From Amphiscolops sp. MND2022 (Eukaryota): a DNA stretch of 64,000 bases. The DNA lies in the NCBI GenBank assembly GCA_964187785.1, contig OZ076411.1, forward strand, positions 22,258,001 through 22,322,000, written 5' to 3'. Within the stretch, counting starts at the first letter, position 1, and each line of letters opens with the position of its first letter. The position numbers and the translations under genes were made by a program. Under the pieces are notes generated by a model. That model searched no databases. It saw only the letters and a list, made by a program, of their open reading frames with translations, and was not told where the DNA came from. Shown here piece after piece: positions 36,960 through 51,150 of the stretch.

Positions 36960-38072
36960 CCTTTCACCTTTCAAACAAATCACCCAATGAGAATTATATG
37001 TGATGCCAGTAGAGACGGACTTGGAGCAGTACTGCAGCACAAGACAGGAGAAGATTGGAGAGCGGTCTAATTTGCATCGAGATTTTCGACTACTTTTGAA
37101 CAAAAGTATTCAATAAATGAACTATAGCTTCTAGCAGTAGCCTGGGATGTAGAACACAAAGCCTTAGCAAAAAGGAAATAAAGCTAATGAAACAATTTTC
37201 GGCAGACTTACCAGGTGGGTAGTTAGGTTGTTGCTTTTCCAGTTCACTGTACAATACGAGACAGGAAGAACGCTGGGAGTGACTGATTATTTATCTGGAC
37301 ATCCTTCGCGGGGTAATAGAAACAAACCGCTAAAAGCGGAGGAACTTTGACATAACTGGTTCACAGTATATGAAATAAAACGTGAAAGCCTGTTTTAGAT
37401 GAAGCCGACAATCAGAGTGGTGCGGAGAGTTAGGTAATCAGAGGCAAAAAAAACAATTCCAAACAAACATAGGGACGAGAGTGGAGTGACAAGTGAAAAC
37501 GTAGAAAACAAACAAAGCGTGCAAACAATGAAGAGCCTGATTGCCTCAACTAATTCAAGCAAAAGCAACGTTTATTGTGAGAAAACTAGTTTTTCCCCTT
37601 CGGAACGTAACAACAGTGGTATTGAACTCGCAAATGAACCACCATTAAAGACTTCCGTTTGTTACTCAATCGACCAGAAAAGAGATCCTTCAGACATTGG
37701 GAAACTATATGTACTCTGAGGCCGATGAGTTTATCCAGAAGGTCATAAATCTCATGAAAAAGCCAAGTTCTGCAAAGTTCTACAAATCGACTTCCAGCAC
37801 TGTGGCGAGAAACATTGAGACATTTCAACCTGCATTGCAACAATTATTCATACATGGATGGAAGAACGATAAATAGCTCTAAAAGCATTATAGTATATTG
37901 GCCAATCATAATAAAAAGTCTCCCTTATGGAAACCCGGGTAGTGACAGCATGCTTGCATTAGTCTCAATTGTGTGGTGTTCGGGACTACATCGCGAAGTC
38001 GTGGGAATCGCTAAGAACTGCTCTTAATGCCCGTCAGCCGGTAAGAATGTAAAACCACTACTAAGAGAAAAT
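36960..38072 (+). mobile_element. Second Ty3/Gypsy pol fragment (RNase H and integrase zinc finger), interrupted by the BEL element
   Basis: RIICDASRDGLGAVLQH..FASR..EQKYSINEL.LLAVAW..RLTRW..DYLS, then YGNPGSDSML..W..L.REVV..AKNC..C..GKNVKPLL running up to the BEL TSD. Confidence 0.8.
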
Positions 38073-41000
38073 TGTTGAAAGTCGCTCTCAAAATTTCGCA
38101 TGAATGAAAACTCATGAATGAAAAATTAGTGACTTGAGACTTAAAACTGCTGAACAAATTTCTTGAAACTGTTGAAAACTTTGAGATAAATGTATTATTG
38201 AAGGAAATTCTGTCGCTACTCCAATCTTCCTCTCACAGCAAAGCGAACTGACCCAGATTTCTGAAATGGGTAAAAACGTTGTTTTTGTTTTTAATTCAGT
38301 TTCTCCGCTCAGAAATCTGGGCCAAATTGGTAACCGGCCGTCAACTGAAAAGAACGAAACAGCATTTTCTCCATGGTGCCGCGACCAATGTGAAGTTCCT
38401 TTTGGACCTTTTTAGCAGTTCGGAGCTGTCGTCCTCTGAAGTTTTCGTCATCTAAAAAACCCGGTGAGCTTGTTCCAAAGAAGCACGCTTCACGTGCGAA
38501 GGGATACTAGGAAATGTTTTGAGCCGGGAATGATTCTCTAATTGAGCAAAAGGAAAAGTTCTGCAATTCAAATAGCCATTGTTCAATTCGATTGAAAAAA
38601 GTCATTATGTCAAAAAAGCCACTTCGAAGCAGAAACTTACTGAAAGAAGAGCCCGAAGAGGCACAAGAAAAGCTCTTGTCTTTTGTCCGGAGGGTTGGAC
38701 GATATGTTCAAGTTGGAGAAAAATTGAAAACACGCGAAGAATCTCTTTCACGGGCTGTTGAGAAAAATATTCAACTAATTGAAAGCGTTGAGCAAGAATC
38801 TGAAAAGGAATTATATCGGCAATGGATTAGCAAAACTACAGAAAAGAATGTTGAATTCTGTACTCAAGCTAGAGAATACTTGAAGCAGTCAAAATCACGG
38901 AGTGATACGCTCAGCAGCATCGTCAAAAACTCAGCAAAGTCCACAGCATCGTCTGAAAAACTCCGACTTGAAGCTAGCTCACGTCTTCGAGAACTGGAAA
39001 TGCGAGCTGAAGAGAACATATTTCTTGCCAAAGCCTAGGCCGATTTAGAGTTGATTCAAATAAAAGAAGAAAACCGACTGCAAGTCGCTGATGCAAAGCC
39101 TCTTGAAGAACTACTGGAGTTTGACGAAACTGACTCTAAGAAGAAATCGAGTAGTACGTCCTACAAATCATCCACTCAACGAACTGAAAATTGGGTAACT
39201 GAAGTTGCAGAAGCATCTTCTCAACAACCGAGGGTTGAATCGAAATCAATGCAATCGTCACCGCAGCCGTTCACGTGAACACAAACTCAGTCGCTGAAGA
39301 CGTTCATTGAGTACGATCACTTCCGGATAGGAAACCAGTATCCGCTTCAACGCAGACTCCGCGTACTTTGCCAGATTTGGAACGGATCCAACTAGACGAA
39401 GATGCCCACTTCGACTCTCGAGAGAAGTCCTTTAACGTACAATAAAAACACATCTCACTCTGTGAAGAAGCCGTCTCCAACGTGTCTCTTACAAATAACA
39501 CTTTCAGAAAAAAAACCGAACGCCATGCTTCCGAAAACAACCAAGAGATAACTTCATCATGTCAGCGTACGCCAGTGCACGATGTCAATGGTGAAGAAAG
39601 TCTTCAAACAAATGTCAGTGTAATGCTGTCATCCACATCCACGAAAATCCTTGGCCGCAGACTAACATACCAGAAAAGGCGGAAATCTTCAATCAGCAAC
39701 CGACAAAAAGGCCGCCAACATCTCCTACAGAACCTCCCTCATCGCGTATTACAGTTGAAGACTTTGTAACAAGCAGTCAAATTCCGAAAGTTTTACTCTC
39801 AAAGGATCTACCGAACGTGTATACCTCTCCTTGATATAGCAATTTTCAGCCGGTCTATCAACACAACCTTGATCAACCGTCAAAAAGCACTTGTTATTCA
39901 AACCTGTCGTTGGCCAAACAGCCAATCCTATACAACACTTCTCAACACCAATCAGCCGCCTATCGTCCATCAGTTTCCTACCGACGAGAATCTGATCTGG
40001 AGATACCAACTACTTACCAACCGTTTGGTTCTCACCGACAAGCAGTTGACAAACCGACTTTCGTCTCCGAACATTCAGTTCCTCACCAACAAGAAACTTA
40101 TTATCTCTACAGAAACGCCCACCAGACACCAGTTTCAAATACTCACGCCACCGTCACAACTCTTGTGGCCACCCTACTACCATCTATCAACGTCCATCTG
40201 TTTCTTTCCAACAAGGAACAGACAATCCTCAAACGGTGCCGTCAACTTTCAACTTAGCCGAACTTCTCGCTTTTAACAAGCCGGTTCCAATGTCTGAGTG
40301 GAAATGGAGTTGCTTTGATGGAAACCCTTTGGATTGGTTCGAATGGTTCGGCCCATTCAAAAGTGCCATCGATTCTTCTCACCTCTCCAATGATGTCAAA
40401 TTAACTTTCCTGAAATTGTTAGTTTCGGGGAAAGCTAAAGACGCTTTTGAACAATTCGCCTACTGTGGATCAATGTACGAAGAAGCACTCCGAACCTTGC
40501 AACGGAAGTTTGGACAGCCACAGGCAGTTGTGTCAGTATACTTGGAGAAACTTTCAAAATACCCACCCGCGAAAAAACACATCTCAGAAAACATCATAGT
40601 CTTTGCAACAACGAGAGGAAGTCTTGTTGATGTTTCCAAATCACTTGGATACGAAGCCGATTTGTACAGCACCAGACTTTTAAATCAAGCTATAGCAAAA
40701 CTTCCGCCTAACCTCAAAGAAGACTGTTCGTTTTGCACTATCAAACCGTCTCTAGAGTGACCGTCACTTCAAGAATTCAAAACATGGCTCCAGCAAAAGG
40801 CCAAAGCGCACGATCGCATGCAGACTGTTCAATCTCAGACATCATCGTCGACAATCTACAGCAAGCACCGTTGCCATTTACCCCAGCAGCAGCAGCAGAG
40901 AATCACATTCACCAAGTCATTTTTATCATCGACAAAAGAAAGACAGGGAAAAAGCGACAACCAACAAAACCTCTGTCCTATGTGTTCAGGAGCTCATTTG

Positions 41001-44000
41001 CTGTACCGCTGCAGAAACTTTCGCAACCAAACACCAAACGAACGCATCAGGTTCGCAGTTGAGAAAAAACTGTGCTTTTCATGTCTACAAGTAACGCATT
41101 CATTCCGCCAATGTCCTACAAGATACTCGTGTCCAAAACAAGGATGCAAAAGCTCCCACAGTGTTTTGCTTCATGGTGCAGAACGCGTGTTCTTAAAGTC
41201 AAGATCATCTAAGCCGCAACTTCAGAACACAGCCGAATCTTCATCGAAGAATTCTACAATTGCAGCCGCAAAAACTTGAAAAGGACTTCTGCAGATAGCA
41301 GAGGTTAACATCGCGTATAAGGGTAGAACTCGAAGAGTGCTGGATTCTGGAAAAACCCACACTTGGATAATCGAAAACTTAGCCGAAGAACTTGGTCTTC
41401 CCGGAGAAGAGCAGAGCATTTGAATTTTTGGCATCAACAACGAAGAAGACTTACCAACAAGACGCGTAGCTTTCAGCGTCACCGCAGCACATTCCAGTGA
41501 AGTGCAACCTTCCTCACATGAAGTCTACGCCTACACAAAAGGAAATCTCAGCATTGGTAAGGATTCATACAATGTCACAGCCTTGAGGAAGACATATCAG
41601 CAGATGCAACCCTTGCCAAACGTCGTCATCAACTACCAAGACGATGTTCTACATCTTGGTCAAGATGTCTACGAATGCATCCAACTGCTGGCATACAGAG
41701 CCGGTCAACCCAACCAACCTGTCGCAGTTCGTACAGCCCTTGGCTGGGATCTGAGTGGTCCTGTATCCAGTCAAGCCTTGAAAGAATAATCCACCTTTAA
41801 AGCCGGAACCACTGAAGATCAGCACCTAGCCAACCAGGTTCAACATTGGCGGGAATTAGAGTCATATGGTTCCAACAGAACTGGTGACTCACATTCATTG
41901 GAAGACCAATATGCCTTGAAGATTCTAGAAGCTACAACATATCACGATGGAAGCCGTTCCGTCGTGGGAAAACTGTGGTCTTCTAAAGTGTCCTCTTTGC
42001 TGAACAACTATTACTACGCCTCAGCACAGCTTGGATTTTTGGAGAAACGCCTTGACCGAGGTCCAGCGCTGAAGGAAAGATATGCCAGAACAATCAAAGA
42101 AGTTATACAGAAAGAATCTGTGATAGAATTGCCTCTAAAGAAATCTTTGAAACAACATCTCCTCGTCAATGGTTTTTACCACATCATCCAGTACAACAAC
42201 CGCTCAAACCGGACAAAGTTCGTCGAGTACTAAATGGAGCCGCAAAGTTCCGCAATGTTTCGCTAAACTCAGCCCTTCTTCGTGGACCTATTCTTCTTCA
42301 AAATCTGCTACAAAGTTTCTTCAAGTTGGGGTACCAGAAAAGGACCAACCTTCTTTACAATTCCTCTCGGGGGAAAGTCCTCTAGAGGTCATCAAAGTCT
42401 ACCAGTACATTCGTCACATATTTGGTGCGAAAGACAAACCAACTTGCGCCAACTACGCCTTGAACAGAACAGGTTTAGACAACGCAGTCAAGTTTCCTGA
42501 AGCAGCACTCGCTGTCAGACTGAATTTCTACAAGGGCGACTACTTAGATTCCCGTCCAACTTTGGAAGGAATTGAGTCACTAGCGAATGATCTCATCAAA
42601 CTCCTTTCAATTGGGGGCTTTGGGCTACCTCAACAGACCACCTCAACATTTTCGCCAATTCACATCACACAAGACCAACAGAATTGTCTTCTGCCACCTC
42701 GATACTAGAAGATATAAACAAAACCCAAACATACATGATGTTATCCCCAAGACAGAGAACCAGTGAATCAACACAACTTGGATCACCCAAAGTGTCTCCT
42801 GCAAGTCCGAGAACTCCCACTTTTAGAATTAGTACGTTAACAGTTAACGAAAAGTAAATTCAACTAGCAGTAGAAAAGACGCCATGAGTAGACGCAGTCC
42901 ACATTTCACCGTCAGGAGCCGCAAATTCCATGTGGCCCGAGTCTTCAGAAATCAAGCAATTAGAGGATTCACCAAGTTCAGCCTCAATAGTATCACCTGC
43001 AACTCCAGCAAACACATGCGTGCTTGGTTTGCGTTGGAATACCGATCAAGACACCCTGATTGTTAGTCGTGGAACTAGCGCCGACCTGATTGGAAAGACA
43101 ATAACCCAGCGACTAGTACCTAATACTGTATCTTTAGTTTTTGATCCTATCGGACTAGTTGTTCCGTTCACGATACGAGCCTGTCTACTCTTGAAACAAC
43201 TCTGGAACTGCACAGGTCAACAATGGTACGAAGAAATACCTGAAGATTCACAATCAACGTTCCTGGAATGGCGTTCCGAACTTGAGAACATTTCAAAAAT
43301 TGCAGTACCTCGAGCCTTCTTCATGAAGCCGAAGACTATACGAGCTTCATGTCTTTGGCAGTGAGGGAGATAAAAGAAACCAAACAACTTTCATAATTGG
43401 AAAGAGTGGCGCCAATGAAAACTACTAAATATTCCCAAACTTGAACTTCAAGCAGCTTTGCTCGCATTGCGTTTGAAACGTTCCGTCGAAGATTCAGTAA
43501 GCATACCCATCAACAAAGTCCGTTTGAGGTCCGACAGCACCACTGTTTGCCAATGGATTTGAAGTTTTGCTTCAAAACACCCAGTTTTTGTCGCAAATCG
43601 CCTTTCAGAGATTCTAGAGCTTACAAGAGTGGATCAATGGAAGTTTGTTCCTGGTAGCCTCAACCCTGCCGACTGTTCTACCAGGGGTTTCCCTGCAAAC
43701 AGACTCAATAACTGTTCGTGGATTTATGGTCCATATTTTTGAAATAAGAGTTCATACCAAACTTTGAAGTTTCAACGACTTCCACAGCTGCAAATCACAA
43801 CTCTCAGTTCCAAGCAGAAGAAATTACGTCTTCAGAGAAAACATGTATTGAAGAATTGGATAAAAAAGAAGGAGAAAAGGAAAACCGACAGTCAGCACTT
43901 ACGATGTTCAAAGAAATGATTTCTGCCGCGCTTCAAGCTGACTATAAGCCACAAGTGATTCCTTGGAATCGTTTTAGCAACTACAATAAACTTTAACGAG

Positions 44001-45708
44001 TTTTCGCTGACATTTTTGCCTACTGCAAAGTCATTCAGTTTTCCGACAAACTGCTAAAGTTTCACACCCAGAAGAATACTTAGCTGCCGAGAAACGAATT
44101 TTCATCCTTTCCCAGAAGGAATCATTTGCTGGAGAACTTAAAGACCTACGAAGGAGTCAAAGTCTCACGAGAAGTGGTCGCATCATCAAGTTCAATCCTT
44201 TCATAGGATCCGACAACCTCCTGCGATCAAGTGGTCGCACATCACGAATAAAAAATGTACCTTTCGAAGTAAAACATCCAATCATTTTGGACAGCCGACA
44301 ACCTGCGGTATGCCTACTTGTGCAAAACACACATGAGATTCATCATCATCAAGTGGTGGAATACCTCCGCTCCGTAATGCAACGAGATTATGCAGTACTC
44401 CGTTTCATGTCAGCCCTTAGGAAACTGGAATCTGAGTGTTCGTTCTGCCGCCGAAGAAGAGCAAAATGTCTCCAACCCCTGATGGTCGATCTACCAACTG
44501 AACGCCTGACATACAAGAAGCCCGCATTTACCAACACAGATCTCGACTATTTGGGACCTCTACATGTGACCGTCCGACGAACAACTGAAAAAAGATGGAG
44601 ATTAATCTTTACATGCCTAACAACCAGAGCAATCCATCTAGAAGTTCTCCATAGTTTCAACACCAGCTCATGCATGATGGCAATTGACAGATTCGTGGCC
44701 CGTCGAAGTCGACCTGACACTTTCTGCTCGGATAATGGAACAAACTCCGTCAGTGCCAGCAAAGAAGTCAACACCATAGAAACACCAGCCCTTCAAGAAA
44801 AGTAAGCCCAGCGCCGTATAAAGTGGAAATTCAATATTCCATCAGCTCCCAATTAAGGAGGAGCGTGGGAAAGCCTGATCAAGTCATGTACAAGGATACT
44901 TTTCACTGTTCTTGGATGTAGCAAGGTCAAAGAAGAAGTTCTCAGCACCTCACTTTGCTTAGTAGAAGAAGCAAAGAATTCCAGAGGCCTCGTTCCTGCA
45001 AGCTCAGATCCAACAGATCTTAATGCCTTGTCTCCAAATAAATTCCTCAACTGTGGAGAAGTCCTTCAGCCCGCAGTTTTTGCCCGTGAACCACATCACG
45101 CGCACCACCGTCGATTTTACCAGCAAGCTCAACATTATGAAGACGCCATATGGACTCGTTGGCTTAAAGAATACGTGCCAACCCTGAACGTTCGTCACAT
45201 GGGGACAGAGACTACTGAGCCCTTAGCAAAGGGAGAGCTAGTGTGGCTTGTGGAGAGTCACTCACTGCGCGGAAATTACCCTTTGGCGCGAGTGTGCGAG
45301 CTGCACTATGACAGTAAGGGAGTTGAAAAGACTGCCAAAATTATGAACAAGGGGGCAGTTTAGATGCGCAATGTCAATAAATTGTGGGACGTCAACAACG
45401 CTACCCCCGAGAATGTTGAAAGTGACCTTCAAATTTCGCATGAATGAAAACTCGTGAAAGAAAAACTAGTGACTTGAGACTTGAAACTGCTGAACAAATT
45501 TCTTGAAAACTTTGAGATAACTGTCTTATTGAATGAATTTCTGTTGCTACTCCAATCTTCCTCTCACAGCAAAGCTAACTGACCCAGGTTTTTGAAACAG
45601 GTCAAAATGTTGTTTTTGTTTTTAATTTAATTTTGTCCCCTTCAGAAATCTGGGCCAAATCGATAACCGACCGTCAACTGAAAATTACGAAACAGCATTT
45701 TTTTTCCA
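38073..45708 (+). mobile_element. Full-length but degraded BEL/Pao LTR retrotransposon; LTRs 38073-38373 and 45414-45708; 5-bp TSD AAAAT
   Basis: Both LTRs run TGTTGAAAG...TCCA, with AAAAT at 38068-38072 and 45709-45713. DUF1759-type gag (FDGNPLDWFEW..LKLLVSGKA), three Cys/His knuckles, protease VLDSG, RT HIFGA..P.CANYAL..FY.GDYLDS, Pao RNase H VLGLRW..FDPIGL..IPKLELQAA..NPAD, integrase HPIIL..DYLGP..RAIHLE..SDNGTN, DUF5641-type WTRWLKEYVPTL. Confidence 0.93.
38374..38386 (+). promoter_or_regulatory. BEL primer-binding site, tRNA-His-like
   Basis: TGGTGCCGCGACC lies directly after the 5' LTR; the canonical His PBS begins TGGTGCCGTGA. Confidence 0.65.
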
Positions 45709-46836
45709 AAAATCAAATCGGATAATTGCCAGAATGCGTCAAAAAAAAACAAGAAGTGACCATCGAGAAAACGAACACTAAAGTGTAACTGAGTTTCTGA
45801 AAGAATAAATAGCATGACGTGATAACCTCAGAATCAAAAACACTGACCCAGCCACTACTTTTAGGTGCAAGGAAATCAAAGAAGTCTGTGAAAAAGGACT
45901 CATAAGACCTGAAGAATGTCCCACTAGGGATCCCTAAGAAAATGATAAAATCCGGACAAAGTTTAATCCGGACAATCAACGAAAGATTGAAAGCCAAAAA
46001 AATAATCCCAAGAGATAAATCACAACCGAATGAACCCGTCAGCCATAAAAACGCCACCAAACGAAAAAATACGGTATAAGAACCAAACAGAATGAAATGT
46101 TGTTCACTAATCAACTTCAGTTTTTTTTCAAAAACGCCGGAAATCAATCTAGCAGAAGACGATTTCGAATTTGGACAAAAGTCCACCATTCTTGTCATGA
46201 AACGAGGTAGAGGCTCAAAATTAGAAGGATCATACCAAAGGAAGGTGGGATTATTGCTGGAGCAGAGCAATCATACAATCACTTTCCTGCCAGCTGGGCG
46301 GTCACAAATTACAATAATCTCCAAGAGATAAGTGAGAAACCTGCCAATCCGCCACGTTGTTCAAAATGGCAAACGATTAAAGATGCCCAAAAGACAGCCA
46401 AAGTGGCAGAAACGAGCGAACCTACAGAATCAACGAGTCTGCTAACAGCAAACAAATTAACGAGGCCAATGAAATCACAAAAGACAATGAATCAATCGGA
46501 AAGAAGCAGCAACTAGCTTTAATCACTCTGAGGCAACAGTTGCTAAATCGCCAACGAACTACAGAAAGACGAAAAAGGAAGAAAGCTACAAGCTGCGAGA
46601 CATTTAAAGAAGGAGAAAATTCGTCTGGAAACAAGGACTCTGTCACAAAACATTGAACAACTGGAAAACGAACAATTAATAACCACGACAGGATGCCAAA
46701 AGGAACACGACGGGGACAACGCAGCCGAGCAGAGCCCAAAGTCTCAATGGGTACAACATAATGGTTACTTGAGTGTTACTATCCGAAAAACAAGCTGGAG
46801 TAAAAAAGGTTCACCAGAGTACTAAAGGAAAACATA
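45709..46836 (+). mobile_element. Continuation of the interrupted Gypsy integrase and its 3' tail
   Basis: IKNTDPATTFRCKEIKEVC..I..EECP (integrase core-like) resumes after the BEL TSD, followed by LVMKRGRGSKLEGSYQRKVG.... Confidence 0.65.
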
Positions 46837-49830
46837 AGAGAAAACATTTATTGAAGAATTGGACAAAAAAGAAGGAGAAAAGGAAAACCGACAGTCAGCA
46901 CTTACGATGTTCAAAGAAATGATTTCTGCCGCGCTTCAAGCTGACTATAAGCCACAAGTGATTCCTTGGAATCGTTTTAGCAACTACAATAAACTTTAAC
47001 GAGTTTTCGCTGACATGTTTGCCTACTGCAAAGTCATTCAGTTTTCCGACAAACTGCTAAAGTTTCACACCCAGAAGAATACTAAGCTGCCGAGAAACGA
47101 ATTTTCATCCTTTCCCAGAAGGAATCATTTGCTGGAGAAATTAAAGACCTACGAAGGAGTCAAAGTCTCACGAGAAGTGGCCGCATCATCAAGTTCAATC
47201 CTTTCCTAGGATCCGACAACCTCCTGCGATCAAGTGGTCGCACATCACGAATAAAAAATGTACCTTTCGAAGTAAAACATCCAATCATTTTGGACAGCCG
47301 ACAACCTGCGGTATGCCTACTTGTGCAAAACACACATGAGATTCATCATCATCAAGTGGTGGAATACCTCCGCTCCGTAATGCAACGAGATTATGCAGTA
47401 CTCCGTTTCATGTCAGCCCTTAGGAAACTGGAATCTGAGTGTTCGTTCTGCCGCCGAAGAAGAGCAAAATGTCTCCAACCCCTGATGGTCGATCTACCAA
47501 CTGAACGCCTGACATACAAGAAGCCCGCATTTACCAACACAAATCTCGACTATTTGGGACCTCTACATGTGACCGTCCGACGAACAACTGAAAAAAGATG
47601 GAGATTAATATTAACATGCCTAACAACTAGAGCAATCCATCTAGAAGTTCTCCATAGTTTCAACACCAGCTCATGCATGATGGCAATTGACAGATTCGTG
47701 GAACGTCGAAGTCGACCTGACACTTCCTGCTCGGATAATGGAACAAACTCCGTCAGTGCCAGCAAAGAAGTCAACACCATAGAAACACCAGCCCTTCAAG
47801 AAAAGTAAGCCCAGCGCCGTATAAAGTGGAAATTCAATATTCCATCAGCTCCCAATTAAGGAGGAGCGTGGGAAAGCCTGATCAAGTCATGTAAAAGGAT
47901 ACTTTTCACTGTTCTTGGATGTAGCAAGGTCAAAAAAGAAGTTCTCAGCACCTCACTTTGCTTAGTAGAAGAAGCAAAGAATTCCAGAGGCCTCGTTCCT
48001 GCAAGCTCAGATCCAACAGATTTTAATGCCTTGTCTCCAAATAAATTCCTCAACTGTGGAGAAGTCCTTCAGCCCGCAGTTTTTGCCCGTGAACCACATC
48101 ACGCGCACCACCGTCGATTTTACCAGCAAGCTCAACATTATGAAGACGCCATATGGACTCGTTGGCTTAAAGAATACGTGCCAACCCTGAACGTTCGTCA
48201 CATGGGGACAGAGACTACTGAGCCCTTAGCAAAGGGAGAGCTAGTGTGGCTTGTGGAGAGTCACTCACTGCGCGGAAATTACCCTTTGGCGCGAGTGTGC
48301 GAGCTGCACTATGACAGTAAGGGAGTTGAAAAGACTGCCAAAATTATGAACAAGGGGGCAGTTTAGATGCGCAATGTCAATAAATTGTGGGACGTCAACA
48401 ACGCTACCCCCGAGAATGTTGAAAGTGACCTTCAAATTTCGCATGAATGAAAACTCGTGAAAGAAAAACTAGGGACTTGAGACTTGAAACTGCTGAACAA
48501 ATTTCTTGAAAACTTTGAGATAATTGTCTTATTGAATGAAATTCTGTTGCTACTCCAATCTTCCTCTCACAGCAAAGCTAACTGACCCAGATTTTTGAAA
48601 CAGGTCAAAATGTTGTTTTTGTTTTTAATTTAATTTTGTCCCCTTCAGAAATCTGGGCCAAATCGATAACCGACCGTCAACTGAAAATTACGAAACAGCA
48701 TTTTTGTCAAAAATCAAATCGGATAATTGCCAGAATGCGTCAAAAAAAACAAGAAGTGACCATCGAGAAAACGAACACTAAAGTGTAACTGAGTTTCTGA
48801 AAGAATAAATAGCATGACATGATAACCTCAGAATCAAAAACACTGACCCAGCCACTACTTTTAGGTGCAAGGAATTCAAAGAAGTCTGTGAAAAAGGACT
48901 CATAAGACATGAAGAATGTCCCACTAGGGATCCCTAAGGAAATGATAAAATATAAAGTTTAATCCGGACAATCAACGAAAGATTGAAAGCCAAAAAAATA
49001 ATCCCAAGAGATAAATCACAACCGAATGAACCCGTCAGCCATAAATACGTCACCAAACGAAAAAATACGGGATAAGAACCAAACAGAATGAAATGTTGTT
49101 CAGTAATCAACTTCAGTTTTTTTCAAAAACGCCGGAAATCAATCTAGCAGAAGACGATTTCAAATTTGGACAAAAGTCCACCATTCTTGTCATGAAACGA
49201 GGTAGAGGCTCAAAATTAGAAGGATCATACCAAAGGAAGGTGGGATTATTGCTGGAGCAGAGCAATCATACAATCACTTTCCTGCCAGCTGGGCGGTCAC
49301 AAATTACAATAATCTCCAAGAGATAAGTGAGAAACCTGCCAATCCGCCACGTTGTTCAAAATGGCAAACGATTAAAGATGCCCAAAAGACAGCCAAAGTG
49401 GCAGAAACGAGCGAACTTACAGAATCAACGAGTCTGCTAACAGCAAACAAATTAACGAGGCCAATGAAATCACAAAAGACAATGAATCAATCGGAAAGAA
49501 GCAGCAACTAGCTTTAATCACTCTGAGGCAACAGTTGCTAAATCGCCAACGAACTACAGAAAGACGAAAAAGGAAGAAAGCTACAAGCTCCGAAACATTT
49601 AAAGAAGGAGAAAATTCGTCAGGAAACAAGGAATCTGTCACAAAACATTGAACAACTGGAAAACGAACAATTAATAACCACGACAGGATGCCAAAAGGAA
49701 CACGACGGGGACAACGCAGCCGAGCAGAGCCCAAAGTCTCAATGGGCACAACATAATGGTTACTTGAGTGTTACTATCCGAAAAACAAGCTGGAGTAAAA
49801 AAGGTTCACCAGAGTACTAAAGGAAACAAA
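46837..49830 (+). repeat. Tandem duplicate of 43834-46836 (BEL integrase, third LTR at 48417-48709, Gypsy tail)
   Basis: Near-identical ORFs 44287/47290, 45028/48031 and 46092/49093 at an offset of ~3003 bp, with scattered substitutions only. Confidence 0.95.
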
Positions 49831-50599
49831 ATAACTCGAAAACAACAAAATGCTCTATATCATTAGAAAAACAAACTGCCTTAATTGCGCTTCAAATCGC
49901 AAATAAGCTGCCTTTCTCAGAAAGTATAGTGCTTTGTTGCTTAATTGTTTGAAGTGTTTTCTCATTTTAGATCTAAAGATAGCTATTTTCGAATGTGTTT
50001 TTCATATGGAATAAGTTTATACCGTCGTAATTGAAACTTATTCGTGGAAATGTGTGAAATATTTTTACAAAGTGTCTGTTTCGGTATCTTGTTCATTTTT
50101 TAAGACTTCCTGAAGTTGGACTAGTCACAGCGTTTTTCTTGCTTTTATTTAGCCAAAAATTGTAGTTTAACATGTTTACTAGCGCACCCAAGTCCTCTGC
50201 CGTCTCTCCGACATCCGCAATCCAATCCGGGCGCAAACAGTGACAAAAAGTGTTTGTGAAAAAGTTGATCAGAAGAAAAATTAAAACTAGAAGTCGAAAG
50301 ACAGCTGCAATAAATAGCTTCGGATTTCCTGAACTTTTTCTGTAAGGTTAGATCTAAGAAAGAACTAAACGTTCCCCATAAAATGATAGGGATAAAAAAT
50401 CTAAAGAGCTTCCAACTCAACGAATTCATGACTTTAAAACGTGTTGCAACTTCCTAAAATGACACTACTAGAAAGCAATTTTTTTGTTTCGTAGCTTTTC
50501 ACTGTTTCCAATTTGCACGAATTATGACCGCTCCGTTGCTTCATCACAGATCGGTAGAGGAAATATTGTCGTCAATGATCCCATTCTCTGAGTGTATGA

Positions 50600-51150
50600 A
50601 CTTAGATTCTCAGTGTGCCTAAGATCAAAAGCAGATCTAGAGTCCTTCTTGTCAATTTCGGTTTTAACCCTATGGGCTGGTCATTATTCGTCTGACTATT
50701 ACAGGATTCAGTGTCTTTGTGACTTGAAGACAGTGAACCCATCGTGTTTTGTACTTCAGGTATGATTCTATCTTTAATCCCGGAACCTTTGGCCCTGTTG
50801 ATCTGAGAATGCATACTGACATCAGGGAGTTCATCTCCTGTGAGAGACCCACGTTGAATTTATTTGAAAAAAAATCCATCAATTCAAAAAGGCTTTCTTG
50901 ACTAGGGATGGTGTTTTCGCCGTTAAAGTCCCCAAGTTTATTCTCTTGTGATGAATTCTCTCTTTGCTGGGAAGGGCCTCAGCGTCGTTTTTACTGATTG
51001 AACCAATAATAGCATTTACTAATTCCTTTTCTATAGGGTTTACTTTTTCCCTGCCACGTAATAAATCCATATTTTCAAAATCGCGCATCATGTCCATCTC
51101 TCTAGACCTTCTTGCTTCCGTTTTTTGTCTCCTTGTAGATGGCATCAAAA
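50600..51150 (-). pseudogene. Frameshifted retroelement-type ORF relic (MPSTRRQKTEARRSREMDMMRDFENMDLL...MHSQINRA...IIPEVQNTMGSLSS)
   Basis: Three overlapping ORFs (50879-51148, 50670-50882, 50602-50814) read as one frameshifted protein. Its style resembles the LTR-borne ORFs elsewhere in the window. No catalytic domain. Confidence 0.45.
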
